This document shows, piece after piece, positions 1 to 10,526 of a stretch of DNA of 64,000 bases (positions within the stretch are counted from its first letter, which is position 1; each line of letters opens with the position of its first letter). This stretch comes from Wickerhamiella versatilis. Lineage: Eukaryota. Under the pieces are notes generated by a model. It did not search any database. It saw only the letters and a list, made by a program, of their open reading frames with translations, and was not told where the DNA came from. The stretch is from positions 930,001-994,000 of the forward strand of contig JAQOWU010000007.1 in assembly GCA_030867685.1 (NCBI GenBank), given 5' to 3'. Both the position numbers and the translations under genes were made by a program.

Positions 1-1556
1 AGATACTTCCAGTCAATCTGTGCAAAAAATGGATGTGACTTGATCTCTGATGCGCCATTGACACCAAGTCTCTTCTTTGGATCCCGTTCCAGCAAACCAG
101 TCAGGAGAGACCGTGCTTCAGGATCCATATCACTTGGAAATGTCAGAGTATCTTGCACAATCTTGTGGTACATAGTATTTGTATCTTGGTCGTAGAACGG
201 TGGGAGACCCGTCAGCATCTCATAAAACAAGACGCCCAACGTCCACCAGTCAACGACTTTCGTATAACCTTTTCCGAGGAGCAATTCCGGAGCGAGATAC
301 TCCGGGGTACCACAGAATGTGTTAGTTCTTTCCTCTGTCCCCATGTTAAGCTTGCATAGGCCAAAATCGCACAAAGCGATGTGTCCCGTATAATCTAATA
401 GAATGTTTTCTGGCTTGAGGTCACGATAGATCACATTGTACTCGTGCAGGCACTCCAGAGCGCACAATAGCTCTGCGGTGTAGAAACGAGATCTATTCAA
501 GTCGAATCTCCCTTCGCGCTGTAAGTGATGGAAAAGCTCCCCTCCGTTTACAAATGCTAAGACCAGATAGAGCTTCTCAGGACTTTGGAAGGAAAACTTC
601 AGGGGGACTATAAATGGGTTGTTAATCTTTGCAAGCACAGTGCGCTCCGCGAGAGTATGTCCCACCTCAGACCTGGACACTATATGTGCCTTTCGGATAG
701 TCTTCAGAGCATAGACCTGTCTAGTATCACTTTTACGAACTTGCATCACCTTTCCAAACGATCCTTTGCCCACAACCTTAAGCAAAGTAAAATCATCGAT
801 AGACAAGGGCTCATTCTTCGTGTTCTGGGGTTCAAGTTTGATTCTCAGTTTACCACCTGATGACAATGCCACGTTCTCCTTAATACCCCCGCCTGTGGGT
901 ATTTTTGCTGTGCCTAAAAGAACATCGTAAACCTTTGGCTGATCGGACTTGTCACTACCCAGGAAATTGTCTTTGAAACTTTGACTTCTACTTTTCGACT
1001 CCTTCACACGAACATAGACAGAAATACTCAGTGGGGGCTCAACAGCAGATACATCAAATGCACTGGTTTTATCCCAGACAGGCGTTTCCATGGTTCCTCC
1101 GATTGCATGAAGTAATATCTGGGTCTTATCGTACTCAAGCACCATGTACAATGGAGGAGGGCGAGTTGAACTTGACTTTGGTCCCTGTGTCCATTGGGGT
1201 AACAATTCCCTTATGTCTGAAGGGACATGGAGGCCTTCTATCTCATAAATTTTCACGCGAAGTAAAGAAGGATTCACTGCACGTGAGGTCTGGCGCTTAT
1301 GTGCCTTCGCGGCGGTTACTGTCGATGAAGTAGATCTCGTGGAGCTTTCGGCGCCAGCGCCGTTGCCATGACCATTGCTTTGATCCAAATTTGGTGGCTG
1401 CGAAGCCACAAGTGTATTCGCGCGCGAGCCTTCGCTGTCTTGTGACCCTGAATGTGAAGCTGGAGGATTTTGCGGGGACTGTGACAGTCCTCTTAAGAAA
1501 GAGGGTGACAAATGGGTTTCCCTTAGCTTCTTCGTGAGCTTCCAGGACGACGACAT
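1..1556 (-). CDS. YPK1: AGC-family Ser/Thr kinase Ypk1/Gad8 (3' end runs off the window)
   Basis: Minus-strand frame from ATG at 1556 reads MSSSWKLTKKLRETHLS (typical fungal Ypk1 N-terminus), later GKGSFGKV, LAFVNGGELFHHLQ, DLKPEN and FCGTPEYLAPE; absent from the ORF track because it is open at the window edge. Confidence 0.92.
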   Translation of the reverse strand, partial: MSSSWKLTKKLRETHLSPSFLRGLSQSPQNPPASHSGSQDSEGSRANTLVASQPPNLDQSNGHGNGAGAESSTRSTSSTVTAAKAHKRQTSRAVNPSLLRVKIYEIEGLHVPSDIRELLPQWTQGPKSSSTRPPPLYMVLEYDKTQILLHAIGGTMETPVWDKTSAFDVSAVEPPLSISVYVRVKESKSRSQSFKDNFLGSDKSDQPKVYDVLLGTAKIPTGGGIKENVALSSGGKLRIKLEPQNTKNEPLSIDDFTLLKVVGKGSFGKVMQVRKSDTRQVYALKTIRKAHIVSRSEVGHTLAERTVLAKINNPFIVPLKFSFQSPEKLYLVLAFVNGGELFHHLQREGRFDLNRSRFYTAELLCALECLHEYNVIYRDLKPENILLDYTGHIALCDFGLCKLNMGTEERTNTFCGTPEYLAPELLLGKGYTKVVDWWTLGVLFYEMLTGLPPFYDQDTNTMYHKIVQDTLTFPSDMDPEARSLLTGLLERDPKKRLGVNGASEIKSHPFFAQIDWKY

Positions 1557-1673
1557 CACTGTATCCGGTTAGGATTGGAGAGAGGGGCGGGTAATAGGTA
1601 ATATATTGTGTCAGCATCACGGGGTGGACATACCTAACCCCGGTTTAGGCTACATAAACTTCTAAATTTGATA

Positions 1674-2849
1674 TCAAGCTAGAAGGAATTGTAATAAAGC
1701 GTCTGGGACGTGTTCATTGTTTTTCTTCAGAAGATTGGCATATCTCGACATTGTTTCCCTAAAATGAGGAAATTTATACTCCATGCCAACATTTGTACGT
1801 TGTTCCATGGCGTCAACAACTATTTGAGCATCAGTGCTTGATGCCATTAAAAAGTTCCCGCCAAATACCACGGTATCCTCTGGTGTATATACTGCATGGA
1901 TCCATCCCGCAGGTATCAACAATGTGTCCCCCGGTCCTAAACTTACGATTGACAACCCCTGTGCCAAAGATGGAAACCATGTATAGGATTGTGCAGGGCT
2001 CCGACACCATTTTTCAAATGCACTAAGATTTTTTTTCGTAGGGGGAAGGAATGCAAATTGCTTTCTTCCCGAAATCACATGATAAAAAACCGATGTACCC
2101 CCAAAATCCACATGAAAGTCAGTGAAGCAACCTTTTACACCCATAAGACAATAGAATGCAACATTAGGTCGGTTCTCCTCCTTTTCATCCCAAACCATAT
2201 CTACAATGTCATGGTCCCTAACCCATTTGGGTCGCTCAAACTCTTTCCTAAGCGGGGTGGTGCCAAATTCCAATGATATCACATTCAAGGTCTGTTCACG
2301 TTTCTCAGGCTCAGTCTCAAAATATTCGGCCCATTTACCAATATTCCAGCCATCATGCGGATCCTGAGTGACGACGTCCATTACTGGTATAGGCAAGTCT
2401 GGGCCAAGCAGATCTGCCACATGTCTTGGGGTAAGGGAATGTGGGACTGACATGCCTAGCTCCTCAGGGGTACCACGCACCAAAGTTGGCTCAGTAATCT
2501 CATGAGGAATTGAAGACGCACTTTCCTGTTTGACCGGGTTATGTCCGTCATTTTGATGCTCAATTTCTTGAAAATAGCGAGTATGAGGATGCGTTCTGTC
2601 CATCTCAACTATGCCGTCGTTAAGTTTTGCATAGTTCAGCCTAGTTCTTCTTCTTTTGGGTCTCACAGTTAGATCATCCAGGCTAATACCGCGTGCCTTT
2701 CGGCACTTCGAACAATAGAATCGCTCCATTTTGCGAAGTTCATGGCGTGGAAGGGATATACATCCAAAATGAATCCAGAAATCACAATCATCACATTGAA
2801 TCCACTCGTCATCTTCTGCGGTTTCGCACTCGCAGCAAACATCGCTCAT
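1674..2849 (-). CDS. JHD1: PHD + JmjC histone H3K36 demethylase
   Basis: N-terminal PHD finger (WIQCDDCDFWIHFGC...FYCSKC) and JmjC motifs FTDFHVDFGGTSV, IPAGWIHAVYTP. Confidence 0.92.
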   Translation of the reverse strand: MSDVCCECETAEDDEWIQCDDCDFWIHFGCISLPRHELRKMERFYCSKCRKARGISLDDLTVRPKRRRTRLNYAKLNDGIVEMDRTHPHTRYFQEIEHQNDGHNPVKQESASSIPHEITEPTLVRGTPEELGMSVPHSLTPRHVADLLGPDLPIPVMDVVTQDPHDGWNIGKWAEYFETEPEKREQTLNVISLEFGTTPLRKEFERPKWVRDHDIVDMVWDEKEENRPNVAFYCLMGVKGCFTDFHVDFGGTSVFYHVISGRKQFAFLPPTKKNLSAFEKWCRSPAQSYTWFPSLAQGLSIVSLGPGDTLLIPAGWIHAVYTPEDTVVFGGNFLMASSTDAQIVVDAMEQRTNVGMEYKFPHFRETMSRYANLLKKNNEHVPDALLQFLLA

Positions 2850-2926
2850 TGTGTCTATTCAGTCCGCTGAAATGCACACCCGACGAGCTCCCGTGTAGTG
2901 TGACGTAAGCAACTTCTTCTTTTAGT

Positions 2927-3397
2927 ATGCTCCGAAGACTCGTGAGGTTCGCAAGTACTGATGCGGCTGCCGGTCCCAAGAAGCGTTGGAAACAAAATAA
3001 CCTCAGTAGCAAAAGTGATGATGCTATTAAGGAAGGTTTAAGCTGGGTCGCAGAGTCACGACAGCTACCACCCATTGCCCCGGAGCTAATCCCAAATCTG
3101 AACCACCAAGTTACATACGAACCATATGATTTTTCTCTCTCGAAGCAGCGATGGGCTCGTCGCCAACCCCGTCAGAAGCATGATCGATTCAGCAACTCAT
3201 CAGTCGATCCCCTGTCCCTCTGGCGTTATCCTGACGTTTTGTCTGAATATATCACAGCAAATGGTAAGATCATACCAAGCCATATGACTGGAATGTCGGG
3301 ACATAATCATAAAAGATTGGCTAAGGCCATCCGGCGGGCTAGAGCAGCAGGTCTCTTGTCCCATGTGCATCGCAGCGTTATGGGTAAGTTGCTATAA
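2927..3397 (+). CDS. RSM18: Mitochondrial ribosomal protein bS18m
   Basis: Presequence MLRRLVRFAST; S18 motif LSEYITANGKI...TG...HKRLAKAIRRARAAGLL. Confidence 0.88.
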   Translation: MLRRLVRFASTDAAAGPKKRWKQNNLSSKSDDAIKEGLSWVAESRQLPPIAPELIPNLNHQVTYEPYDFSLSKQRWARRQPRQKHDRFSNSSVDPLSLWRYPDVLSEYITANGKIIPSHMTGMSGHNHKRLAKAIRRARAAGLLSHVHRSVMGKLL

Positions 3398-3497
3398 GTA
3401 TTAGCACTTTGTTGATAATTCGAGTCTCACGATCTACTTGAATACATATTAAAGGCTTATTCTAGAATGATATAGTGCAGGAAATCATACTCTTGAC

Positions 3498-5060
3498 TCA
3501 CAAGTTCGCTTGAATTTTCTCAAACGATCTGACACTTTGTCTTATCATTAGATCTAATAATATCTCCTCTGATCCTCCAGGTATGGCCAGGGCGCGTACA
3601 TCACGATACAGGCGCTCAACCTTAGCACCGCGGCCGCCAACTTGATAAGATATACCACCCAAAATTTGGCTCGCCTCTCGAGCACAATATTCGAAAACCT
3701 GAGTAGCATATGCCTTGGCGCCCCCAACTGGTCCTCCTAGCAGTGCATCAGAACCACGCATAGTTTGGACCTGGTAGGTCAATGAATCCTGCCAGGCAGA
3801 TACAGCCTCAATACGTGATGCCATTTGTGCAAGCTTGTTGCGAATAACTGGGTGTCCTATGAGCGGTTGGCCAAATGTCTCACGTTGTTGAGAATATTTT
3901 AAAGCCTCTTCAAAGCATACTCGCGAGAAACGTTGTGCCTGGGTCACAAATCCAAGACGTTCGTGATTGAAATTTGACATGATGACCTTAAAGCCTTGAT
4001 TCTCCTTTCCAAGGAGATTCGAAACAGGGACTTTGACATCATCAAATTCAACAAATGCTGTACCACTTCCCCTGACACCCTGCACCTTTATTGCGGATGT
4101 GCTGAGGCCAGGCGTGTTGCGCTCTATCAATAGCATCGAAACTCCCTGTCCGCCTTTCCCACCTGTACGTACTGCAACACTAAAATAGTCAGCCCATAGG
4201 CCATTGGTGATAAATTTCTTGATACCATTGACTATATAGAAATCGCCCTGGCGTTCTGCAGTAGTTTCGAGATTGGCCACATCTGACCCACCCCGTGGTT
4301 CAGTTATCGCCAAACAAATGCGTTTCTTCCCACTGAGGACCGCAGGGACAATGCTTCGACGTAATTCCGGCGAGCCATGGTTAATTACCGGGGGCAACCC
4401 AATTGCCAGGCCCTCAATCAAAAACCATAGTAAACCGCAGGAAGCTGGACGACAAAGTTCCTCAACAATAATGTTCTGATGAAACTTATCAAAGCTGTTC
4501 GTAGGAACAATATCTGCATGTTTGTTATCAACATAACTTGATGGGAATTCATAAGCTGGACAGGCATATGCGAGATACCCAGCCTTACCGAAGTTCTGAT
4601 AAACCTCTTCTGGAATCTTGCCTGCTTGATCCCATTCATCCACATACGGCATGAGGTTAGCATTGACATACTCACGAAGTCTATTCCGGAAGAGAACATG
4701 CGACTTAGTGTAGAATGGGCTTGAATATCCCTGAGCCCACGCAGGATCACCAAATGGCACATCCTGCGGGGTTATGGCCATTGCTGCACTCTGATTCATA
4801 TTAACATCAGACTTGGCCAATGTCCCAATTTTGAACTTGTCCCCGTATTTTTTTAATACAACGCCAACATCATGATATTTGTGGAACTGCTTACTTGCAT
4901 CTTTACCTCCAACCTTCTGGAGCATCTTCTTGCCGCCAGGATGTTTCTTTTGCCATTCCGTCACATCGTATACTGCACCATCTATAATAATCCATAGTGA
5001 TTCAGGTGAGGAATGCTTAGAGACCTCCTCTGCTGTAAATTGCGTGCTTGAGCCAGTCAT
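3498..5060 (-). CDS. Cytochrome b5-domain acyl-CoA dehydrogenase
   Basis: b5 domain (WIIIDGAVYDVT...HPGG) fused to ACAD motifs (CLAITEPRGGSDV, VNGIKKFITNG, RETFGQPL, IPGGSEEI); likely start MTGSSTQ at 5060; ends in -ANL. Confidence 0.9.
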   Translation of the reverse strand: MTGSSTQFTAEEVSKHSSPESLWIIIDGAVYDVTEWQKKHPGGKKMLQKVGGKDASKQFHKYHDVGVVLKKYGDKFKIGTLAKSDVNMNQSAAMAITPQDVPFGDPAWAQGYSSPFYTKSHVLFRNRLREYVNANLMPYVDEWDQAGKIPEEVYQNFGKAGYLAYACPAYEFPSSYVDNKHADIVPTNSFDKFHQNIIVEELCRPASCGLLWFLIEGLAIGLPPVINHGSPELRRSIVPAVLSGKKRICLAITEPRGGSDVANLETTAERQGDFYIVNGIKKFITNGLWADYFSVAVRTGGKGGQGVSMLLIERNTPGLSTSAIKVQGVRGSGTAFVEFDDVKVPVSNLLGKENQGFKVIMSNFNHERLGFVTQAQRFSRVCFEEALKYSQQRETFGQPLIGHPVIRNKLAQMASRIEAVSAWQDSLTYQVQTMRGSDALLGGPVGGAKAYATQVFEYCAREASQILGGISYQVGGRGAKVERLYRDVRALAIPGGSEEILLDLMIRQSVRSFEKIQANL

Positions 5061-5417
5061 GTTGAAGATGATGGAAGCGAGCGGGGTCGATGAAATAATC
5101 TCCTTGCCCTGCATAAATTTATAAACGGAATTAAGCTCACTAAGACTCTTCACATTGGAAAATAGTTGATTGGACTACATAACGTTGGACTAAGGCTTCG
5201 GTAAAGATTTTGAATGGCTATATCGAGCCAAACTACGTATCCTCGCTGTACCTGTTAATCATGGCTTTTTATGAGCTAAGTGTTACCATGGGTGATGCTG
5301 CAGTGATGCCTCACTTATTGATGCTATACCCTTGAGTTTGACGCGATATCCATAACCTTACCATGTATCAATTGTTACAACCTCATTGACCCGAGGTGCC
5401 TTGATTATTAAGGACAC

Positions 5418-6359
5418 ATGGCTCAGGATCGAACCGATGAGTTTCGCGCCGCTGTGCGGGCTCGCAACCGTATAGTTGGTGGAAACTCTCGATCAAAGGA
5501 GCGTACTCAACCCCCATCGTCTCGATCTGAGTTCATGATCCGCGCCTCAGCCATCATGAAGGACATTTCGTCCACCACAGACCTGCTCCGAAAATTGGCA
5601 GCTTTAGCACGACGTCGTGCCGTGTTTGACGATAAGCCAGCCGAAATCACGGAGCTTAGCTCTATTATCAAACATCGCATGACTTCAATAAAACAGGCCA
5701 TCCAGGGACTAGAGGCGGTGCCACATGGAGGCGGTGGATGGACCGCAAAAAGTACACAGGCGCAGCTTGATCAGCATTCTAAGAACGTTATGGTGTCGCT
5801 TCAGGGACGTCTACAAGAAATTACTGGTTCATTTGCTGAAGTCTTGGAGGAACGCTCTAGAAACATGCAAGCATCACGGACCCGAGCCGACCAATACCTG
5901 GCGCCATCAGCAACACCAGAGCGGCCTGAGTCACGGGAGAACCCTTTGTATCAAATGAATACCCAACAACAAACACCTGATGAGGTTTATTCGGAGAATC
6001 CTTATGCCGCTGCGCCCGATAATGATGAGGTACTAATGCTTCCCCAGGAACAGAGCGTTGCACTTCTCCAGGACCAACAGGGCTCCTACCTGAATTCAAG
6101 ATCTACTGCGGTTGATGCAATAGAATCTACTATAAATGAGCTCGGTCAAATGTTTGGCCAGCTGTCGACTATGATTGCAGAACAAAGAGATGTAGTGCAA
6201 CGAATTGATGCCAACACAGATGACATTTCACTCAACGTTTCTGGTGCACATCGTGAGCTTTTGAAGTACTATGCCCGTGTTTCATCGAACCGTTGGTTGA
6301 TGCTAAAGGGTTTCGGTGTGATCCTGTTTTTGTTTTTTATTTGGGTACTAATATCTTGA
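5418..6359 (+). CDS. SED5: cis-Golgi syntaxin (t-SNARE)
   Basis: N-terminal DRTDEF Sly1-binding peptide, SNARE motif IESTINELGQMF...VQRIDAN, C-terminal TM helix. Confidence 0.95.
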   Translation: MAQDRTDEFRAAVRARNRIVGGNSRSKERTQPPSSRSEFMIRASAIMKDISSTTDLLRKLAALARRRAVFDDKPAEITELSSIIKHRMTSIKQAIQGLEAVPHGGGGWTAKSTQAQLDQHSKNVMVSLQGRLQEITGSFAEVLEERSRNMQASRTRADQYLAPSATPERPESRENPLYQMNTQQQTPDEVYSENPYAAAPDNDEVLMLPQEQSVALLQDQQGSYLNSRSTAVDAIESTINELGQMFGQLSTMIAEQRDVVQRIDANTDDISLNVSGAHRELLKYYARVSSNRWLMLKGFGVILFLFFIWVLIS

Positions 6360-6486
6360 GACATGTCAACTAGCTTTAATGATTCTTTTTTTCTTACCTT
6401 AATAGATATTGTCTCTAGCTCCACCAAATTACATTGTTGATTCTGGCTATGATAACTTCTCCGCATGACCGAAGGGACGTTAGATA

Positions 6487-7932
6487 ATGGGACAGGGAGC
6501 GAGTAGCCTCGATGACCAGTCCCGTGAGAATCTTGATAGAGTTGCACTTGAGAAATTCACACGTGTGGAGCGCTACTCTCTAGGCGTATATGATACCACA
6601 AGTGTGAGTGCTCTTTTGAAGTCGCTTCGGTTGCCCAGCCCAGAGGAAGTTCCCGGTGTGGATATCGTACTGCGCAGTGCAGAATACTTTGCATCGTTTC
6701 CTGATGGACTCAAGACTAGAAAAGACGTCACAAAACACTTACTCAAGGTCATTGCTCTCTACGATGGTAGGCTACGCAGCCATATAGGTCTTAGTGAAAG
6801 CGACTTCCGTCGACATCTATTTCTCTCTATCGCAGCAACTTCAGTTTCAGACCCTCCATTGACTGACGAGAATTCTTATTATATTGCATATGATGATATT
6901 TTGGCGCTGTTCCAGGTCCTCACAGCAGTTTTCGACACCATACCCCAACAATGTGATACTCAGTACCAACCAATGGAAGAAGTACCACAGAGTTTACTTG
7001 CATCCGTAGAGGCTCCCATCATTCGATGGAATGAATTCGAAAAATTGCTTAGCGAACTCCCTTTTGTCCAAGATTGGTTCGCTTTAATTTGGGATAGACT
7101 GTTATTTGATCCCAAGTCAACCAAGCCGCCTCCGTCGCGACCTGAAATAGTTAAGGAACTACCCAGGGATATCCTGTGCAAGTTGTGGGCTCGTCATGGA
7201 ACGCAAGTTGGATCTACTTTGCGTCTTTTTAAAGGTAGCGTTGATGGTTTTGCACTACGTGCTTTCGAAACACATGTTGCCAAATGGCGTAAGTCAACCA
7301 TCCTTCTGGTATCTGGAAGAACCACGAAGAAGAGTAGCCCAGAAATTGATCAAATATTGCCCCCCGCCTATGATGCACCACCCGTGAAAGCTAATCATGT
7401 ACAAATTGCGGTGATCGTTTCCAAGCCCTGGAAAATGAGTGCGAAGCACACGTTCAGCGATGGTGAAACGGAAATCTTACTACTATCCCCGCAGTATCAG
7501 ATATATCGGGCGCGTCGCAATAATTCAAATGCAAGTGGTGGCTTCCTTTCTTCCGGTGTAGGTCTAGGATTTGGGCTATCGCCGCAGCAACTCGCTATGC
7601 AGCACGCTAGAATACCTGCAGCCAGTGTGGCACTTGCAGTGGATGACAGGCTTGAGTATGGTGCTTTACGCGTGCTGAGTCGAGGCAATGGTAATTATGA
7701 TCGATTATTTGAAGGGCAGGCCGTAAACTCGCGGCCATATGAGCTCCGTTTCCTGGTGAGTGATGTGCAAGTATGGGGAATTGGTTCTGAGAATGACCTC
7801 AAGGACCAGCGGCAAGCTTGGGAGTGGGAAGAACGGGAGGCGGCAAGACGCCAGAACATTAACGTTCATGAGGACCGTGCTCTGCTTGAGATGGCAGGTC
7901 TGGTGGGTAATTATAATCCAGATCGTGGCTGA
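6487..7932 (+). CDS. RTC5: TLDc-domain protein Rtc5
   Basis: Myristoylation-like MGQGASS; TLDc motifs LFKGSVDGF..FETHVAKW and VQVWGIG; C-terminal WEWEEREA..R..I...DRALLEMAGLVG. Confidence 0.85.
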   Translation: MGQGASSLDDQSRENLDRVALEKFTRVERYSLGVYDTTSVSALLKSLRLPSPEEVPGVDIVLRSAEYFASFPDGLKTRKDVTKHLLKVIALYDGRLRSHIGLSESDFRRHLFLSIAATSVSDPPLTDENSYYIAYDDILALFQVLTAVFDTIPQQCDTQYQPMEEVPQSLLASVEAPIIRWNEFEKLLSELPFVQDWFALIWDRLLFDPKSTKPPPSRPEIVKELPRDILCKLWARHGTQVGSTLRLFKGSVDGFALRAFETHVAKWRKSTILLVSGRTTKKSSPEIDQILPPAYDAPPVKANHVQIAVIVSKPWKMSAKHTFSDGETEILLLSPQYQIYRARRNNSNASGGFLSSGVGLGFGLSPQQLAMQHARIPAASVALAVDDRLEYGALRVLSRGNGNYDRLFEGQAVNSRPYELRFLVSDVQVWGIGSENDLKDQRQAWEWEEREAARRQNINVHEDRALLEMAGLVGNYNPDRG

Positions 7933-7975
7933 TGCTTTAACTTATGTCTAGAATAAAAGATTCAATACGGTAATA

Positions 7976-8611
7976 TTATGCGGCCATTTCGGCCTCTAGT
8001 TGCTTCAACTCCTCATCCTCATCCTCTGCCTCTGCTTCGGGCTCCTTCTCCTTGGACCCACTTGCAGGCACCTCTGGCAGTGCTGATGCCGGGGCCCGCC
8101 CAGCACCAACCATTCGTTCGTCCAGGGCCTCTTGCTCTAGATCCTCGAGATCCTGTTCGAGGTCTACATCATCCTCCTCATGCAGAGGGCGCGATATGGC
8201 ATCAGAGATTTCTTCATGTAGCGCCACTTGATCTCGAATATCATCCATAGTGTTATCGAGCTTGTCAACGTCCATTCCCTTGTTAATCTGTTTCATAGCC
8301 GCCGCACCTTGCTTCATTACCTTCATTGTCTCCTTGTTAAGATTGGCGTTCTCCAAAGCTCCAAGTTGCTGCTCAAACATTAGTACTTGATTCTGTGTCT
8401 TTTCAAGCTCCTCCTCGTGCTTCTTCTTACGCCTCAAGGCATTACGGGCGGCAGACTTGTTTGTGGTCACGAGACTCTTTGCAAGCTTCGCTTGCTCATC
8501 AATCTTCTTCTCATAGAATGCTTCACGCTTTGCGAGCATCTCAATGTGAGTTCTAAGGCTCACAATCGCATCCTTCGTTGTGTCCTTTCGCCCGCCACCC
8601 CACCAGCTCAT
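7976..8611 (-). CDS. SNF7: ESCRT-III subunit Snf7/Vps32
   Basis: MSWWGG..KDAIVSLR, ARNALRRKK, ALENANLN.ET, acidic C-terminus; start may be 8620. Confidence 0.95.
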   Translation of the reverse strand: MSWWGGGRKDTTKDAIVSLRTHIEMLAKREAFYEKKIDEQAKLAKSLVTTNKSAARNALRRKKKHEEELEKTQNQVLMFEQQLGALENANLNKETMKVMKQGAAAMKQINKGMDVDKLDNTMDDIRDQVALHEEISDAISRPLHEEDDVDLEQDLEDLEQEALDERMVGAGRAPASALPEVPASGSKEKEPEAEAEDEDEELKQLEAEMAA

Positions 8612-8659
8612 GCTGAACATGTCAATCAAGAAAATGTGGGCTGAGTCAGAAAGTGACCA

Positions 8660-8920
8660 ATGCCTGACGAGCCAACTGATGATGAGTTAAAGGAAGCTAG
8701 AGGGTTAGTGGACGAAGAAATAAGAAAAATGCATCAAGAGGGTGCCAAATATTTGCCTGAAACAGTAGATCTTTCGCCACCCCAATTGCCAGAGTTGGAT
8801 GAGTTCAAGGATGTTGAAGCATGGCAAGATGCCGAGATAACCAGTCTTCAAGCTCTGAGAGCGAAGGGACCGGCACATTGGAAATATCTTAACGCGGCTG
8901 TCTTCAACTTAACAGAGTGA
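8660..8920 (+). CDS. Short Spf27/Cwf7/BCAS2-like Prp19-complex subunit
   Basis: EARGLVDEEIRK...YLP and LQALRAKGPAHWKYLN resemble the two conserved BCAS2/Spf27 blocks; only 86 aa. Confidence 0.55.
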   Translation: MPDEPTDDELKEARGLVDEEIRKMHQEGAKYLPETVDLSPPQLPELDEFKDVEAWQDAEITSLQALRAKGPAHWKYLNAAVFNLTE

Positions 8921-9335
8921 GTTATACTCCCTTCCCCCCCCTGGACACTTAAATTTCAAGACAGGGCTCAATTGGGCTTCCGCTGGAAACCTTAATGGTA
9001 GCCTTGCAAAATGTGCATTTAATGAATAGTGCGGTTGGCAGATCATACAATGAGTGAACCCCTGTCTTAGGAAACTCTGATATGGGTGTGCAATATAAAA
9101 TATTCCTTGTATTTTCATGGATTTTTCTTGCCCACGAGTTCTGTTGTCAATGTTTGCTTGCGCAGCTTATAATTTATTTCAATTCAGCGTTTAAGATAAA
9201 TATGTAGTCAAAATAATAGGCTATACCACAAGAAAATGCATCAAAAATTAAATAAATTAGAACGGGGTTACAGTGGACAGTGCAAGTGTTCAGCCTCGAT
9301 TGCTATTCCTGAAGACACCAAATAAGAAGGACTTT

Positions 9336-10526
9336 CTAGGGATCTTGTAAAATCTTTCGCATGTCTTCAACCGCTTGGTTCAGAGCCACTCTAAGGCGCT
9401 CTGAGGCAGCATCAAATGCAGGAATAGTGGTGGTGAAATACTCTCGCCGGCTATCTGCCTCAGATTCAAGTTCTACAAGTCGACTTTCCAACGATCTCAA
9501 CACTTGATTTTGATGCTCAGCAAAACTACGTGCTTCATCCTCTGCCTCGTTTAGTTCTTGCTCTGTTTGCTGTCTACGAGTCGCGTTCGCAGCCTGTGCA
9601 GCTTTGAGTTCCCGTTGGCGTTTTTCCAGCCTGCTCGCCTCTTCACGAACCTCAGCCAAATTCTTTTTCTCGTCCTCCACCTCCTGTGAGACCCTCGCCT
9701 TTTCCGCAGAAGTTCTAGCTGTTTCATCCTCCTGGCGCTGAAGGCGTTGTTGAGCAAGCGTCCATTGCTCTCGCAGGCCCTGAAGGGTCGGGAGTACTGT
9801 TTCCAGATCCTGAAATGCCTCACTGGTGATATGGGCACTCTCAGACTGGCGTAATAGGGCAGCACGGGTCTCTCGCTCCCTCACCACCTCTGATGCTAAA
9901 TGTCTAACCTCCTCTTCAAGATTCTCGGGCACTTCTGGTCTCAATCTCTTCAAAACTTGCTCCATCTCGGCAGATGCCTGGTCGAACTTTTCCTGATTCT
10001 TCTTAGTAGTGCGAAGACGGGTCTCGAGAGATGTCAGTCTCGCATCTAACTCTTCATTTCTAGATTTCTCGCTTTGCACAAACGTACGTAGCGATGTGAG
10101 ATCTGTCACCACATCCTTTGAACCCAATTGCGACTTGAGAACCTCGATATTATTCTCTGCCTTATTTATACGAGCATCGACTGATGCCCTGCGGGCCCGC
10201 GAATTCGCGACAAACTCGAAATACTGTGACATAACAGTCAATTGCTCAAAAAGCCGCTGCGGATCGGGTTTTGTCAAATCTGTGACCTCAAGTTTGTTAG
10301 GACACCCCATCTCTGCAAGTGGTTCCCGCAGGTCTGCCCAGAGGTCAATGGCAGCAGCACCCTCGAGCGGTGGCCGGGTGGGTCGTACAACGGGTAATTC
10401 TACCAGTACAAGGCTAAACAAATTCTGCACCTCTGCAGCAGTTGGTGCACTTAGTAGCCGCTGTAGTGGCTTGTCGTAGCCATCATAGAGGGCATCACAC
10501 AATGGCTGCAGCACGCGAAAACTCAT
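9336..10526 (-). CDS. NUF2: Kinetochore Ndc80-complex subunit Nuf2 (divergent)
   Basis: CH-domain motif TDLTKPDPQRL...SQYFEF resembles Nuf2 TDLYKPEAQRT...VNYARF, then long coiled coil; MCB site 15 bp upstream. Confidence 0.72.
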   Translation of the reverse strand: MSFRVLQPLCDALYDGYDKPLQRLLSAPTAAEVQNLFSLVLVELPVVRPTRPPLEGAAAIDLWADLREPLAEMGCPNKLEVTDLTKPDPQRLFEQLTVMSQYFEFVANSRARRASVDARINKAENNIEVLKSQLGSKDVVTDLTSLRTFVQSEKSRNEELDARLTSLETRLRTTKKNQEKFDQASAEMEQVLKRLRPEVPENLEEEVRHLASEVVRERETRAALLRQSESAHITSEAFQDLETVLPTLQGLREQWTLAQQRLQRQEDETARTSAEKARVSQEVEDEKKNLAEVREEASRLEKRQRELKAAQAANATRRQQTEQELNEAEDEARSFAEHQNQVLRSLESRLVELESEADSRREYFTTTIPAFDAASERLRVALNQAVEDMRKILQDP

